From Bacillota bacterium (GTDB lineage Bacteria > Bacillota_I > Bacilli_A > RF39 > UBA660): DNA of 56,026 nt. The translations under genes and the position numbers were made by a program. Of this stretch, positions 41,204 through 50,345 are shown piece after piece. The stretch's first letter is position 1. Each line of letters begins with the position of its first letter. The stretch covers positions 1-56,026 of the forward strand of contig SVAN01000005.1 of assembly GCA_015059375.1 (NCBI GenBank), written 5' to 3'. Under the pieces are notes generated by a model, which did not search any database, was not told the DNA's origin, and saw nothing but the letters and a program-made list of their open reading frames with translations.

Positions 41204-42268
41204 ATGTTTGAAAGATTAGATGGAATCTTAGCAAAATATGATGAATTAAGTGCAAAACTAGTTTCTGAAGAAGTTTTTAATGATTATAATTTATTAAAAA
41301 AGTATTCTAAAGAAAAAAGTGATTTAGAAGAAACCGTAATTGTATATAAAGAATATAAACAAGTTAAAAATAATTTGGAAGAAGCCAAAATTATGTTAGA
41401 AGATCCAGAAATGAAGGAAATTGCTAGTGAAGAAATAATAAATTTAGAAGAAAAGGAAAATGAATTATATGCTAAGCTAGAAATATTATTAGTGCCAAAA
41501 GATGAAAATGATGGTAAAAACGTTATAATGGAAATTCGTGGAGCAGCAGGTGGCGATGAAGCAAACATTTTTGCTGGCGATTTGTTTAGAATGTATTCTT
41601 ATTATGCCGAAAAAAATGGCTGGAAAATTGAGGTAATATCGACGATTGAAGGAACATCAGGTGGTTTTTCATATCTAGAATGTATTATAAAAGGAAATAA
41701 CGTTTATTCCAAATTGAAATATGAAAGCGGTTCCCATCGTGTTCAAAGAGTACCTGAAACTGAGAGTCAAGGAAGAGTTCATACTTCGACAGCAACTGTA
41801 TTAGTAATTCCTGAACTCGAAGATGTTAACATTGATATAAACGAAAATGATTTAAAAATTGATGTATATCATTCATCTGGTGCCGGTGGTCAATCGGTTA
41901 ATACAAGTAATTCTGCTGTAAGAATTACACATATACCAACCGGAGTTGTTGTTACTTGCCAAGATGAACGAAGTCAATTAAAAAATAAAGAAAAAGCATT
42001 AAAATTGTTAAAAATTAAAATTAAAAATGATTTAGAAGAAAAACAAATGAGTGAATCTCAAAAAGAGAGAAAGAGCAAGATTGGAACTGGTGATCGAAGT
42101 GAAAAAATTAGAACATATAATTATCCACAAAATAGAGTTACTGATCATCGTATTAATTTTTCAATAATGGAATTAGACCGTGTTATAGATGGCTATCTCG
42201 AACCTATAGTTGATGCTCTAATCAATGAAGATATGCGTTTAAAACTAGCAGGAGTAAAAAGTGAATAA
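41204..42268 (+). CDS. prfA: Peptide chain release factor 1
   Basis: EIRGAAGGDEA, HRVQRVPETE, GAGGQ and IRTYNYPQ motifs. Confidence 0.98.
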   Translation: MFERLDGILAKYDELSAKLVSEEVFNDYNLLKKYSKEKSDLEETVIVYKEYKQVKNNLEEAKIMLEDPEMKEIASEEIINLEEKENELYAKLEILLVPKDENDGKNVIMEIRGAAGGDEANIFAGDLFRMYSYYAEKNGWKIEVISTIEGTSGGFSYLECIIKGNNVYSKLKYESGSHRVQRVPETESQGRVHTSTATVLVIPELEDVNIDINENDLKIDVYHSSGAGGQSVNTSNSAVRITHIPTGVVVTCQDERSQLKNKEKALKLLKIKIKNDLEEKQMSESQKERKSKIGTGDRSEKIRTYNYPQNRVTDHRINFSIMELDRVIDGYLEPIVDALINEDMRLKLAGVKSE

Positions 42269-42980
42269 CTTCGATGAGGAGTTAATAAAAAAATACGTTG
42301 CTAGGGATAAATGGAAAACAGCAATTAATAAATTACAAAGTGGATATCCAGTTCAATATATTATTGGAAATGTTGAGTTTTTTGGTAATATTATTGAAGT
42401 AAATGAATCTGTACTGATTCCCCGTTTTGAAACAGAATATTTAGTGGAAGATTTATTAAGTTTAATTAAACAATATCATTTTAATGAACCTGAAATAATT
42501 GATATTGGCACGGGATCTGGATGTATTGCAATATCCTTAAAAAAGAATGTTAAGTCGACGATTGATGCTGTAGATATTAGTGAAAACGCGATACGTGTTG
42601 CTCGTAAAAATGCTAAAAATAACAATGTAAATATTAATTTTATAACTGGCGATATTTCGAATATTATCTTAAATAGGAAGTATGACATTATAGTTTCAAA
42701 TCCCCCATATGTATCTTATGAAATTCCTGTTGATGACAAAACTAAATATGAACCTCAAAATGCGATATTTGCTCCAGATAGTGGATTATATTTTTATAAA
42801 GTGATTTTAGAAAAGAGTGCATCAATTGCGAAAAAAAGAAGTATTATTGCTTTTGAAATAGGCCATAATCAAGCATCTACAATTGAGCAAATGGCATTTA
42901 ATTATTATCCGAATGCTAAGGTCATTGCTAAAAACGATTTAAATGGGTTCAATCGATATATTTATATTATTAATGATTAA
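42261..42980 (+). CDS. prmC: Release factor glutamine methyltransferase (short N-terminus)
   Basis: PVQYIIG, VLIPRFETE, DIGTGSGCI and SNPPY motifs; follows prfA. Confidence 0.94.
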   Translation: MNNFDEELIKKYVARDKWKTAINKLQSGYPVQYIIGNVEFFGNIIEVNESVLIPRFETEYLVEDLLSLIKQYHFNEPEIIDIGTGSGCIAISLKKNVKSTIDAVDISENAIRVARKNAKNNNVNINFITGDISNIILNRKYDIIVSNPPYVSYEIPVDDKTKYEPQNAIFAPDSGLYFYKVILEKSASIAKKRSIIAFEIGHNQASTIEQMAFNYYPNAKVIAKNDLNGFNRYIYIIND

Positions 42981-43022
42981 AATACACTATTATTTTTCAT
43001 AATTATATTGGTGATACAAATT

Positions 43023-43529
43023 ATGAAAAAAATAATAGTGTTTTTCTTTTGCTTAACATTAATTGTTATGTCTAGTAATAAAAATAAGGAGTTTATAATA
43101 CCAGAAAAAAGTTTGCGGTTTCGTATTGTAGCAAATAGTAATTCTCAAATTGATCAAAATATAAAAAATAACGTTAAAACTGAGCTTTTACCCATCTTTC
43201 AAAAAATACATCTTAATTCAACGAGTTTGGAATCTACTAAGGAAAGTGTTCTTCAAAACTTAAATTTAATAACACAAGTTGTGGAAAAACACGTAGATGA
43301 TTATGATATATCCTTGGGAAATAATTATTTCCCTCAGAAAACATATCATAACGTGGTATATCAATCAGGGAATTATGATTCGTTAGTAATTACTTTGGGA
43401 GATGCTGTAGGAGACAATTGGTGGTGTGTGTTATTTCCTCCTTTATGCTTATTGGAAGCCCAAAAGACCGACTTAGATAAGATTACTTATGAATCATATT
43501 TTCAAAATATCATAAAAAAATATTTATAA
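43023..43529 (+). CDS. spoIIR: Stage II sporulation protein R
   Basis: LRFRIVANSNS..DQ..K, FP.KTY....Y..G.Y and G.A.GDNWWCVLFPPLC motifs. Confidence 0.95.
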   Translation: MKKIIVFFFCLTLIVMSSNKNKEFIIPEKSLRFRIVANSNSQIDQNIKNNVKTELLPIFQKIHLNSTSLESTKESVLQNLNLITQVVEKHVDDYDISLGNNYFPQKTYHNVVYQSGNYDSLVITLGDAVGDNWWCVLFPPLCLLEAQKTDLDKITYESYFQNIIKKYL

Positions 43530-43543
43530 AAATATAATGTAGT

Positions 43544-44077
43544 ATGAATATAATAACACTTATTTTAATTGGAATTTCATTATCTATGGACACTTTTTCT
43601 TTGTCTCTTAGTTTAGGAACATTTAATATAAATAAGAAACAATGTTTTCTTTTTTCTTTTATTGTAGGAACATTCCATTTTGTTATGCCTTTATTGGGGC
43701 AACTTTTAGGCGCTTCAGTATCATCCTTTTTAATAGTTAATCCAGATAAATTATTATTTATTATTTTTGTCTTTATTGCCATTGAAATGCTAGTAGAACT
43801 GCTTTCCAAAGAAGAAAAAAAATATGATTTTTCTTTATTAAATATGATTATTTATGGTTTTTCTGTAAGTATAGATAGTTTAACTGTTGGAATAGGTCTT
43901 AATAGTATTATATCTTCTAATTTTTTAGGCCCTTTTCTTTTTTCTCTTTTTTCATTTTTCTTTACATTCTTAGGCTTAGTAATTGGAAATTATTCCTATG
44001 AAAAACTTGGCAAAGCCTCGAAAATACTGGGATTAATAATTATTTTGATATTAGCTTTAATGCATCTTATAAAATAG
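43544..44077 (+). CDS. mntP: MntP/YtaF family membrane protein (putative Mn2+ efflux)
   Basis: ISLSMDTF and SVSIDSL duplicated motifs; six TM helices; occupies the ywlD/mntP position after spoIIR. Confidence 0.75.
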   Translation: MNIITLILIGISLSMDTFSLSLSLGTFNINKKQCFLFSFIVGTFHFVMPLLGQLLGASVSSFLIVNPDKLLFIIFVFIAIEMLVELLSKEEKKYDFSLLNMIIYGFSVSIDSLTVGIGLNSIISSNFLGPFLFSLFSFFFTFLGLVIGNYSYEKLGKASKILGLIIILILALMHLIK

Positions 44078-44082
44078 GAAAT

Positions 44083-44167
44083 TTGACTAGTTTATAAAAA
44101 TAAAATATAATGTGATTAGGGAAGAAAAAATATAAAATTTGACTAAAATAGATAAATAGGATATAGT
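44083..44167 (+). promoter_or_regulatory. Tandem sigA promoters upstream of murAB
   Basis: TTGACT-17-TATAAT (44083-44111) and TTGACT-17-TATAGT (44139-44167). Confidence 0.7.
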
Positions 44168-44239
44168 ACATATGCTTTATTTTATAAGCAGATTACGTGT
44201 GGCATATAAATTTCTTTGTATGGCCAGAAGGGTGATAAA

Positions 44240-45508
44240 ATGAAACAAATTAAAATTAATGGTGGCAAACCACTTAGTGGAGAAATTCATATTGGTGGAG
44301 CAAAAAACAGTGCAGTTGCTTTAATTCCTGCTGCTTTATTGGCTGATGGCATTAGTGTCATTAATAACGTCCCAAATATTACTGACAAGGATGCGCTATT
44401 TGAAATTGTTAAATCATTAAATTGTGAAGTCAAAATGGATGGAACAGTTGTTACTTTAGATTCAAGTCATATAGTGAATACAACTATTTCAGAAAAACTT
44501 TCACATCAATTAAGAGCTTCTTATTATTTTATGGGAGTGTTATTAGCAAAATATAAACATGTAGAAATGTATTTCCCAGGCGGATGTAATATTGGAGCCC
44601 GACCAATTGACCTTCATTTGAAAGGCTTTGAGGCTTTGGGTGCAAAAATTGAGTATAACGAAGATAACCATAAATATATTATTTCAGCGGATGAATTAAT
44701 TGGTACAAGAATACCTTTAGAGTTCGCTTCAGTAGGAGCAACAGTAAATATCATGTTTGCTGCATCTTTGGCTAAAGGTATTACTACAATCGAAAATGCC
44801 GCTAAAGAAACCGAAATTATCAATATAGCAGATTTCTTAAATAAAATGGGAGCCAAGATTTCTGGTGCTGGAACTTCAACTATTATTATTGAAGGGGTAG
44901 AAAGATTAAAAGCGACAACAATTGATGTTATACCTGATCGAATAGAGGCTGGAACCTATTTGTTAATGGGGGCTCTACTAGGAGAAGATTTAGTGGTTTG
45001 TGGGGTAAATCCTAATCATATTACCTCACTTTTAAATAAATTAAAAGATATGGGAGTTAAATTTTCGATAAATGGCGATAAGATTAAAATAAATAAGTGT
45101 AATAATCTTAACCCAATTAATATTACTACGCTTGTTTATCCTGGATTCCCTACTGATTTAGGGCAACCTATGTCAGTGTTATTGACTCAAGCAAATGGGG
45201 TTTCATTGTTCGAAGAAACAATTTGGGAAAATAGAATGCAACATATAGAGTATTTGAATAAAATGGGAGCTAATATTATTTTAAAAGATAACACGCATGC
45301 AATTATTAACGGCCCATCTAAATTAAAAGGAAGTATGATAAATGCTACTGATTTACGCGGCGGAGCTGCATTAGTGATGGCAGGGCTTATTGCTGAAGGC
45401 GAAACTATCATTTCTAATATTGAATATATTTTACGAGGATATGAAAATATCATACGTAAATTAAAAAATGTTGGCGCTGATATAAGAATCATAAAATCAG
45501 AAGAGTAA
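44240..45508 (+). CDS. murA: UDP-N-acetylglucosamine 1-carboxyvinyltransferase (MurAB-type)
   Basis: GAKNSA, RASYYFMG (MurAB-like), PGGCNIGARPIDLH and PGFPTD motifs. Start at 44240. Confidence 0.96.
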   Translation: MKQIKINGGKPLSGEIHIGGAKNSAVALIPAALLADGISVINNVPNITDKDALFEIVKSLNCEVKMDGTVVTLDSSHIVNTTISEKLSHQLRASYYFMGVLLAKYKHVEMYFPGGCNIGARPIDLHLKGFEALGAKIEYNEDNHKYIISADELIGTRIPLEFASVGATVNIMFAASLAKGITTIENAAKETEIINIADFLNKMGAKISGAGTSTIIIEGVERLKATTIDVIPDRIEAGTYLLMGALLGEDLVVCGVNPNHITSLLNKLKDMGVKFSINGDKIKINKCNNLNPINITTLVYPGFPTDLGQPMSVLLTQANGVSLFEETIWENRMQHIEYLNKMGANIILKDNTHAIINGPSKLKGSMINATDLRGGAALVMAGLIAEGETIISNIEYILRGYENIIRKLKNVGADIRIIKSEE

Positions 45509-45548
45509 TTTTTTAAAAAACGATGAATATCCTTTAATAAGGTGATTT

Positions 45549-46166
45549 ATGCGAAGAAGATATAAACTATTATTAATAATTTTTATATCTTTTCTTTTGG
45601 TTATTTTTATTTATTTATTTTTTAGAAAAGATAAATTTATATATGTGAGTTTAGGTGACGAATTATCTTTCAACAACATTTCAACATACAATTATAGAGA
45701 ATATATAGATTATTATTATCAAAAACGTAATATTATTACTTATCAGTATGCAGATGAATATAACCCTTCAGAAGATTTATTTAAGCAAATTATAGAAAAT
45801 GTTGGTAATATTAATTATTACCTTAAAAATGCAGATTTAATTACTATAAGTTTGGGGACAATTGAACTTAATAATTATAAAGAGCTTAATGAAGAAATAA
45901 TTATTCATTATCTGAGTAACATTTATATTTTATTAGAACGGATTAGTAAATTAAATAAAAATATATTTTTAATTAACGTATACGATAGCAAATATAATTT
46001 AGTTAATAAAAAAATAAAAGAATATTGTTTATTACATAAAATTCATTATATTGATTCAAGTATTATTAAAAATAACAATATTTACATAACAAATTCAAAG
46101 ACTTACTTAAATTATAAAGGCCATAAAAATATCGCCAGTAAAATAATCGAACTATTTGAAAGATAA
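45549..46166 (+). CDS. Membrane-anchored degenerate SGNH/GDSL hydrolase-like protein
   Basis: N-terminal TM helix; YVSLGDEL, ITISLGT and LNYKGHKNIA align to SGNH blocks I, III and V with catalytic residues changed. Confidence 0.55.
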   Translation: MRRRYKLLLIIFISFLLVIFIYLFFRKDKFIYVSLGDELSFNNISTYNYREYIDYYYQKRNIITYQYADEYNPSEDLFKQIIENVGNINYYLKNADLITISLGTIELNNYKELNEEIIIHYLSNIYILLERISKLNKNIFLINVYDSKYNLVNKKIKEYCLLHKIHYIDSSIIKNNNIYITNSKTYLNYKGHKNIASKIIELFER

Positions 46167-46281
46167 CGTGTGACAAATAAAAAAATCGAAAGTAATTATG
46201 GTTGCTAAAATTAATTTTTATGATATAATATCAAAGAAACAGGAACTATGCCAATTATTTGGTATGGGAAGGGAGGATAGA

Positions 46282-46500
46282 ATGAAAGCAAATATTCATC
46301 CAGAAGTTAAAGAAGCTACTGTAACATGTGTGTGTGGAGCTACTTTTAAAACAAAATCAACAAAAGAAAAAATTAATGTTGAAGTTTGTAATGAATGCCA
46401 TCCTTTTTATACAGGATCACAAAGTAGAGCAAGGAAGACTGGAAATATCGAAAAATTTAACCGTAAATATGGTTTAGATAACAAACAAAAAGCTGCTTAG
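46282..46500 (+). CDS. rpmE: 50S ribosomal protein L31 (zinc-binding C+ form)
   Basis: MKANIHP, CVC...[10 protein letters not shown] and KFNRKYG motifs. Start at 46282 behind GGGAGG. Confidence 0.97.
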   Translation: MKANIHPEVKEATVTCVCGATFKTKSTKEKINVEVCNECHPFYTGSQSRARKTGNIEKFNRKYGLDNKQKAA

Positions 46501-46554
46501 TTTTTTGTTTTTATTTTGATTGTAGTATAGTATAATTATTGAGGAGAGTGAATA

Positions 46555-46998
46555 ATGAAAATATATATATCATCTGATCATCGTGGCGTAGAGGCAGAAA
46601 ATAAAATAGCAGATTATTTAAGACAATTAGGTTTAACAGTAATTCAATCGCAAATAGAACACAATCCTACAGACGATTATGTAGATTACGCATTGGAAGT
46701 GGCAGCAAACGTTGCTAACGATGAGTCTTCATTGGGAATTTTATTATGTGGGACTGGCATTGGCATGAGTATTGCTGCAAATAAGGTTAAAGGGATAAGA
46801 GCTGCTAGATGCGTTGATGTTGACGATGCATTTTATGCTAAAAATCATAATGATGCTAATGTTTTGTGTATTTCTGCTAATATACAAGTAGATTATTTGT
46901 TTGAAATAGTTGATACATTTATTAATACAAAGAGAGCAAATGAAGAAAAGCATATAAATCGCGTTAATAAAATCATAAAATACGAAACGAGATCATAA
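46555..46998 (+). CDS. rpiB: Ribose-5-phosphate isomerase B (RpiB/LacA family)
   Basis: SDHRG, DDYVDY, CGTGIGMSI.ANK..GIRAA and HNDANVL motifs. Confidence 0.93.
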   Translation: MKIYISSDHRGVEAENKIADYLRQLGLTVIQSQIEHNPTDDYVDYALEVAANVANDESSLGILLCGTGIGMSIAANKVKGIRAARCVDVDDAFYAKNHNDANVLCISANIQVDYLFEIVDTFINTKRANEEKHINRVNKIIKYETRS

Positions 46999-46999
46999 A

Positions 47000-47188
47000 A
47001 TGAATTATAAAGTATATATATATGCTTTGATGTTGTTTTTATCAGTATTTGCAACAAGCGGTCTAAATTTTGAAGGCATTATTAAAAGAAATCATATTTA
47101 TGAAGCAAAAGCTTTGGTTATTTTATTAATTATGTCTTTAACATATTTATCTGCAAGTTTTATTATTAGTTTTATCGAAGTTTTATAA
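47000..47188 (+). CDS. YwzB/DUF1146 family small membrane protein
   Basis: Two TM helices with the L..LNFE..IK.N...EAK.L pattern; precedes spoIID. Confidence 0.7.
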   Translation: MNYKVYIYALMLFLSVFATSGLNFEGIIKRNHIYEAKALVILLIMSLTYLSASFIISFIEVL

Positions 47189-47196
47189 GGAATAAT

Positions 47197-48111
47197 ATGA
47201 TTAATAAAATTTTAACAATTGTTGTCTTAGTTTTAGCAATAACATACAGTTTATTAAGAAGTTATCAAAAAGAAACTTCTTTTTTTATTGAGAATGATAA
47301 TATAGTGGTTATTAAAGACATTGAAAATAGCAGTTTAATTAACCTTCCAATGGAAGAGTACTTAATTGGTGTACTTGCTGGCGAAATGCCAGCATCTTTT
47401 GAAGAAGAAGCATTAAAAGCTCAAGCTGTTGCTTCGCGAACATATGCTTATTATAAAATATTAACATCAGATAAAGAATATGATTTAACTACCGATATAA
47501 CTACGCAAGTTTATTTGTCAGAATCGAAGATGAAAGAAAAATGGCAAGGTGACTATGAAAAATATTATCAAAAAATAAAGAAAGCCATTGATGATACAAA
47601 AGGTGAAGTATTAACTTTTAATGATGTAGTAATCCCTGCGTATTATTTTTCTATGAGTAATGGGTACACAGAAAGTGCTTTAGCCGTTTTTGGGGAAGAT
47701 AGAAAGTATTTAGTTAGCGTAAATTCACAAGAGGATGTAACTCATCGTAATTATGAAGTAACAAAAATAATCGAAAAGTCAGAATTTTGCACAAAATTAA
47801 ATATTGAATGTAATGACATTGTTATCACTAATCTTGAACGCAATAATACCCAAAGAATTATATCTCTTGATATTAATGGTTTATCATTTACTGGAATTGA
47901 GGTACGTAAACTATTAAATCTTCGGTCTACTGATTTTGCTTTAAAAGTAGCGGAAAATAACGTGGAAATCACAACTAAAGGATATGGTCATGGTGTTGGT
48001 ATGAGCCAATATGGCGCAAACACAATGGCAAAATCTGGTTTTAATTATGAACAAATATTATTTCATTATTATTCTGGAGTAGAAATTAACGATGTAAGTA
48101 GTATAAAATAA
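47197..48111 (+). CDS. spoIID: Stage II sporulation protein D (lytic transglycosylase)
   Basis: EEYLIGVLAGEMPASF..EALKAQAVASRTY, QVY, LRST.F and G.GHGVGMSQYGA motifs. Confidence 0.95.
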   Translation: MINKILTIVVLVLAITYSLLRSYQKETSFFIENDNIVVIKDIENSSLINLPMEEYLIGVLAGEMPASFEEEALKAQAVASRTYAYYKILTSDKEYDLTTDITTQVYLSESKMKEKWQGDYEKYYQKIKKAIDDTKGEVLTFNDVVIPAYYFSMSNGYTESALAVFGEDRKYLVSVNSQEDVTHRNYEVTKIIEKSEFCTKLNIECNDIVITNLERNNTQRIISLDINGLSFTGIEVRKLLNLRSTDFALKVAENNVEITTKGYGHGVGMSQYGANTMAKSGFNYEQILFHYYSGVEINDVSSIK

Positions 48112-48130
48112 TTATTTTTCCCCATACTTA
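48101..48130 (+). promoter_or_regulatory. Putative sigF/sigG forespore promoter of spoIIQ
   Basis: GTATA-17-CATACTTA ahead of the AGGAGG RBS. Confidence 0.55.
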
Positions 48131-48149
48131 TATATAGGAGGAATTATAT

Positions 48150-48791
48150 ATGAGAAAAGGAAGATTAAAAAGATGGGTATTACCGACCATTTATGTTATG
48201 ATTATTGTAGTTTCGTTTTTTAGCGTATCAATCATTAATAACCTTTTATTAGGAGACATAAGTAATTATGATTATTCAAATTCTTTAATAAAAGACGTTA
48301 CAGAAGCTGTTATGAAAGAAAATGAAAGTGTAAATCTTAAAGAAACGACAATTATTAAACCTTATGTATCGCTATCGGTTAAAGATATAGTATTGTACTA
48401 TAATAAAGATGATGAACCGGAAAGACAACAAAAATCTTTAATATTTTATCAAAATACTTATATGCCATCAACCGGAGTAGTATATGCTTCAGAAGAAGAT
48501 TTTGATGTTGTAGCGGTATTAGATGGTGAAGTGAAAAATGTTAAAAATGATGATATTTTAGGAACTGTTATTGAAGTTTCACATAATACTAATCTAACAA
48601 CATATTATTACTCGCTTAAGGATGTTATGCTTAATGTCGGTGATCAAATTAAGTCCGGAACTGTTTTAGGAAAAGCTACAACTAACAAAATATATGATAA
48701 GCAAAATAATTTCTTGTTTGAAGTTTACTACCAAGGAAAATCATTAAATCCGGATCATTTTTATACAATGAATATTGATGAATTGCAGTAG
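48150..48791 (+). CDS. spoIIQ: Stage II sporulation protein Q (M23/LytM-like)
   Basis: RWVLPTIY N-terminal TM, Y.PSTG, FDVVAVLDG.V, G..IEV.H and LNP motifs; follows spoIID. Confidence 0.88.
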   Translation: MRKGRLKRWVLPTIYVMIIVVSFFSVSIINNLLLGDISNYDYSNSLIKDVTEAVMKENESVNLKETTIIKPYVSLSVKDIVLYYNKDDEPERQQKSLIFYQNTYMPSTGVVYASEEDFDVVAVLDGEVKNVKNDDILGTVIEVSHNTNLTTYYYSLKDVMLNVGDQIKSGTVLGKATTNKIYDKQNNFLFEVYYQGKSLNPDHFYTMNIDELQ

Positions 48792-49365
48792 CATATTAAT
48801 TATCTGCAGTTCATATGTTGTATTAAATCATCGAAACAAAAAATATCGACTGGATTTATCTAGAAATGTAATAGATAACGGTATCATAATAGATAATCAA
48901 CTGTTTTCTAAAGCATATCTGAAATTTATAAAAAAAAATCATACATATAATTTTTGGAAAAAAAACAGTATTACGATTATTTATAATGTTTGTAATAATC
49001 GCCGAGATATTGAAAATCTATATCATCTATTTAAAGAACTAAATTATATAAATATTTATCTAGTTGAAGAGAAAAAATTGTTAAACCTTAAGTTGTCTAC
49101 TAATTATTTATTAGTTGATAAAAGTATAAGATTATTTTATATTGATAAATATAATCAAAAAAAGGTTCTTGTTTTAAATCCTGAAATCCTAAGTAATTCG
49201 GAAATTTGTAAGCTTATTGCAAGTCGTAGTTCAAATAGAATACTTAATATTGTTGGCGACGAAGATCAAAAATGGAATTTTCCAAATTTAAACTATTACG
49301 TTTTCGACCAATTGAGTGAATTTTTTTTCGAAAAATACATGTCGATAAGTAAAGACTTTGATTAG
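48775..49365 (+). CDS. Highly degenerate, truncated MreB/Mbl-like protein
   Basis: A 64-residue stretch (G.I.D...FI.K...K...I...YL.EE) aligns without gaps to recalled B. subtilis Mbl; mbl position after spoIIQ; nucleotide-binding motifs absent. Confidence 0.55.
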   Translation: MMNCSSILIICSSYVVLNHRNKKYRLDLSRNVIDNGIIIDNQLFSKAYLKFIKKNHTYNFWKKNSITIIYNVCNNRRDIENLYHLFKELNYINIYLVEEKKLLNLKLSTNYLLVDKSIRLFYIDKYNQKKVLVLNPEILSNSEICKLIASRSSNRILNIVGDEDQKWNFPNLNYYVFDQLSEFFFEKYMSISKDFD

Positions 49366-49459
49366 AAATAACCCGAATAATGTCGAATTTTGGCATACTA
49401 AATTTCTTGAAACGCTTAACTTCCTATGATAAATTTTTATCAGGAAAGAGGTGTTGAAG

Positions 49460-49672
49460 TTGAAAGGAAAAGTAAAATGGTTCAACAATGAGAAAGGATA
49501 TGGATTTATCGAATCTGATAATTTATCTGATATTTTTGTTCATTATTCTGTTATAAAGAAAGATGGCTATAAAACCCTATCTGAAGGCGATTCTGTATTG
49601 TTTAAATTGATTGAAACGCCAAAAGGGTTACAAGCTCAAGATGTTGAAGCCTTACAATTAACTACTGTATAG
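49460..49672 (+). CDS. Cold-shock domain protein
   Basis: GKVKWFN.EKGYGFI and DIFVHYS (RNP1/RNP2) motifs. TTG start at 49460 preferred over 49451. Confidence 0.95.
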   Translation: MKGKVKWFNNEKGYGFIESDNLSDIFVHYSVIKKDGYKTLSEGDSVLFKLIETPKGLQAQDVEALQLTTV

Positions 49673-49720
49673 TAGTTTTTTTCTTGAAAGTTTGTTAAAA
49701 TAGTATTAGGAGATGATGAA

Positions 49721-50260
49721 ATGAAAATTAGCATACGTGGCGATAAAGTAGAAGTCACAAAATCAATTAAAGAGTATATTGAGGATAAACTGTCAAAGTT
49801 AGACAAATACTTTGAGAAAGCCAGTGATATCAAATGCTCAGTAATTATACGCGTAAAAAATGGTAATCAAACAATCGAAGTTACAATACCAACTTCAAAA
49901 TTTACTATTAGAGCTGAAGAAAGTCATGCTGATTTATATGCAGCTGTAGACTTAATTATTGATAAACTAGAAAGATTAATTAGAAAGAATAAAACAAAAT
50001 TAACTAAACATTATAAAAATACTCCATCATTTGAAATGTCATTTGATTATGATGATGCTCAAGAAGACGAAGACGATGATGAAGAAATAATTGTTAAAAG
50101 AAAAAATATTGATACTAAACCAATGAGCGAAGAAGAAGCAATTTTACAGATGCAATTATTAAATCATGATTTCTTTGCTTTTAAGAATACTGATGAAGAG
50201 TGTGTATCGGTATTATATTTAAGAAAAGATAATACATACGGAATTATAAATGTTAAATAA
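49721..50260 (+). CDS. hpf: Ribosome hibernation promoting factor (long HPF)
   Basis: IRG..VEVT..I..Y...KL.KL, DLYAAVD...DKLER and KPMS.EEA.LQM.LL.HDF motifs. Confidence 0.96.
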   Translation: MKISIRGDKVEVTKSIKEYIEDKLSKLDKYFEKASDIKCSVIIRVKNGNQTIEVTIPTSKFTIRAEESHADLYAAVDLIIDKLERLIRKNKTKLTKHYKNTPSFEMSFDYDDAQEDEDDDEEIIVKRKNIDTKPMSEEEAILQMQLLNHDFFAFKNTDEECVSVLYLRKDNTYGIINVK

Positions 50261-50264
50261 TATG

Positions 50265-50294
50265 GAAGATCGCTTATAAGCGGCTTCTTTTTTT
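50265..50294 (+). terminator. Terminator after hpf
   Basis: GAAG-ATCGCT-TATA-AGCGG-CTTC followed by T7. Confidence 0.65.
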
Positions 50295-50345
50295 ATTGTT
50301 TAGGCTTGTATTATTTGTTATAATAATTTAATGAGGTGATAGATA

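Noticed and set aside
44083-44144. TTTGACT pair as a CtsR operator
   Set aside because: The copies are 56 bp apart and each is the -35 of a well-spaced sigA promoter.
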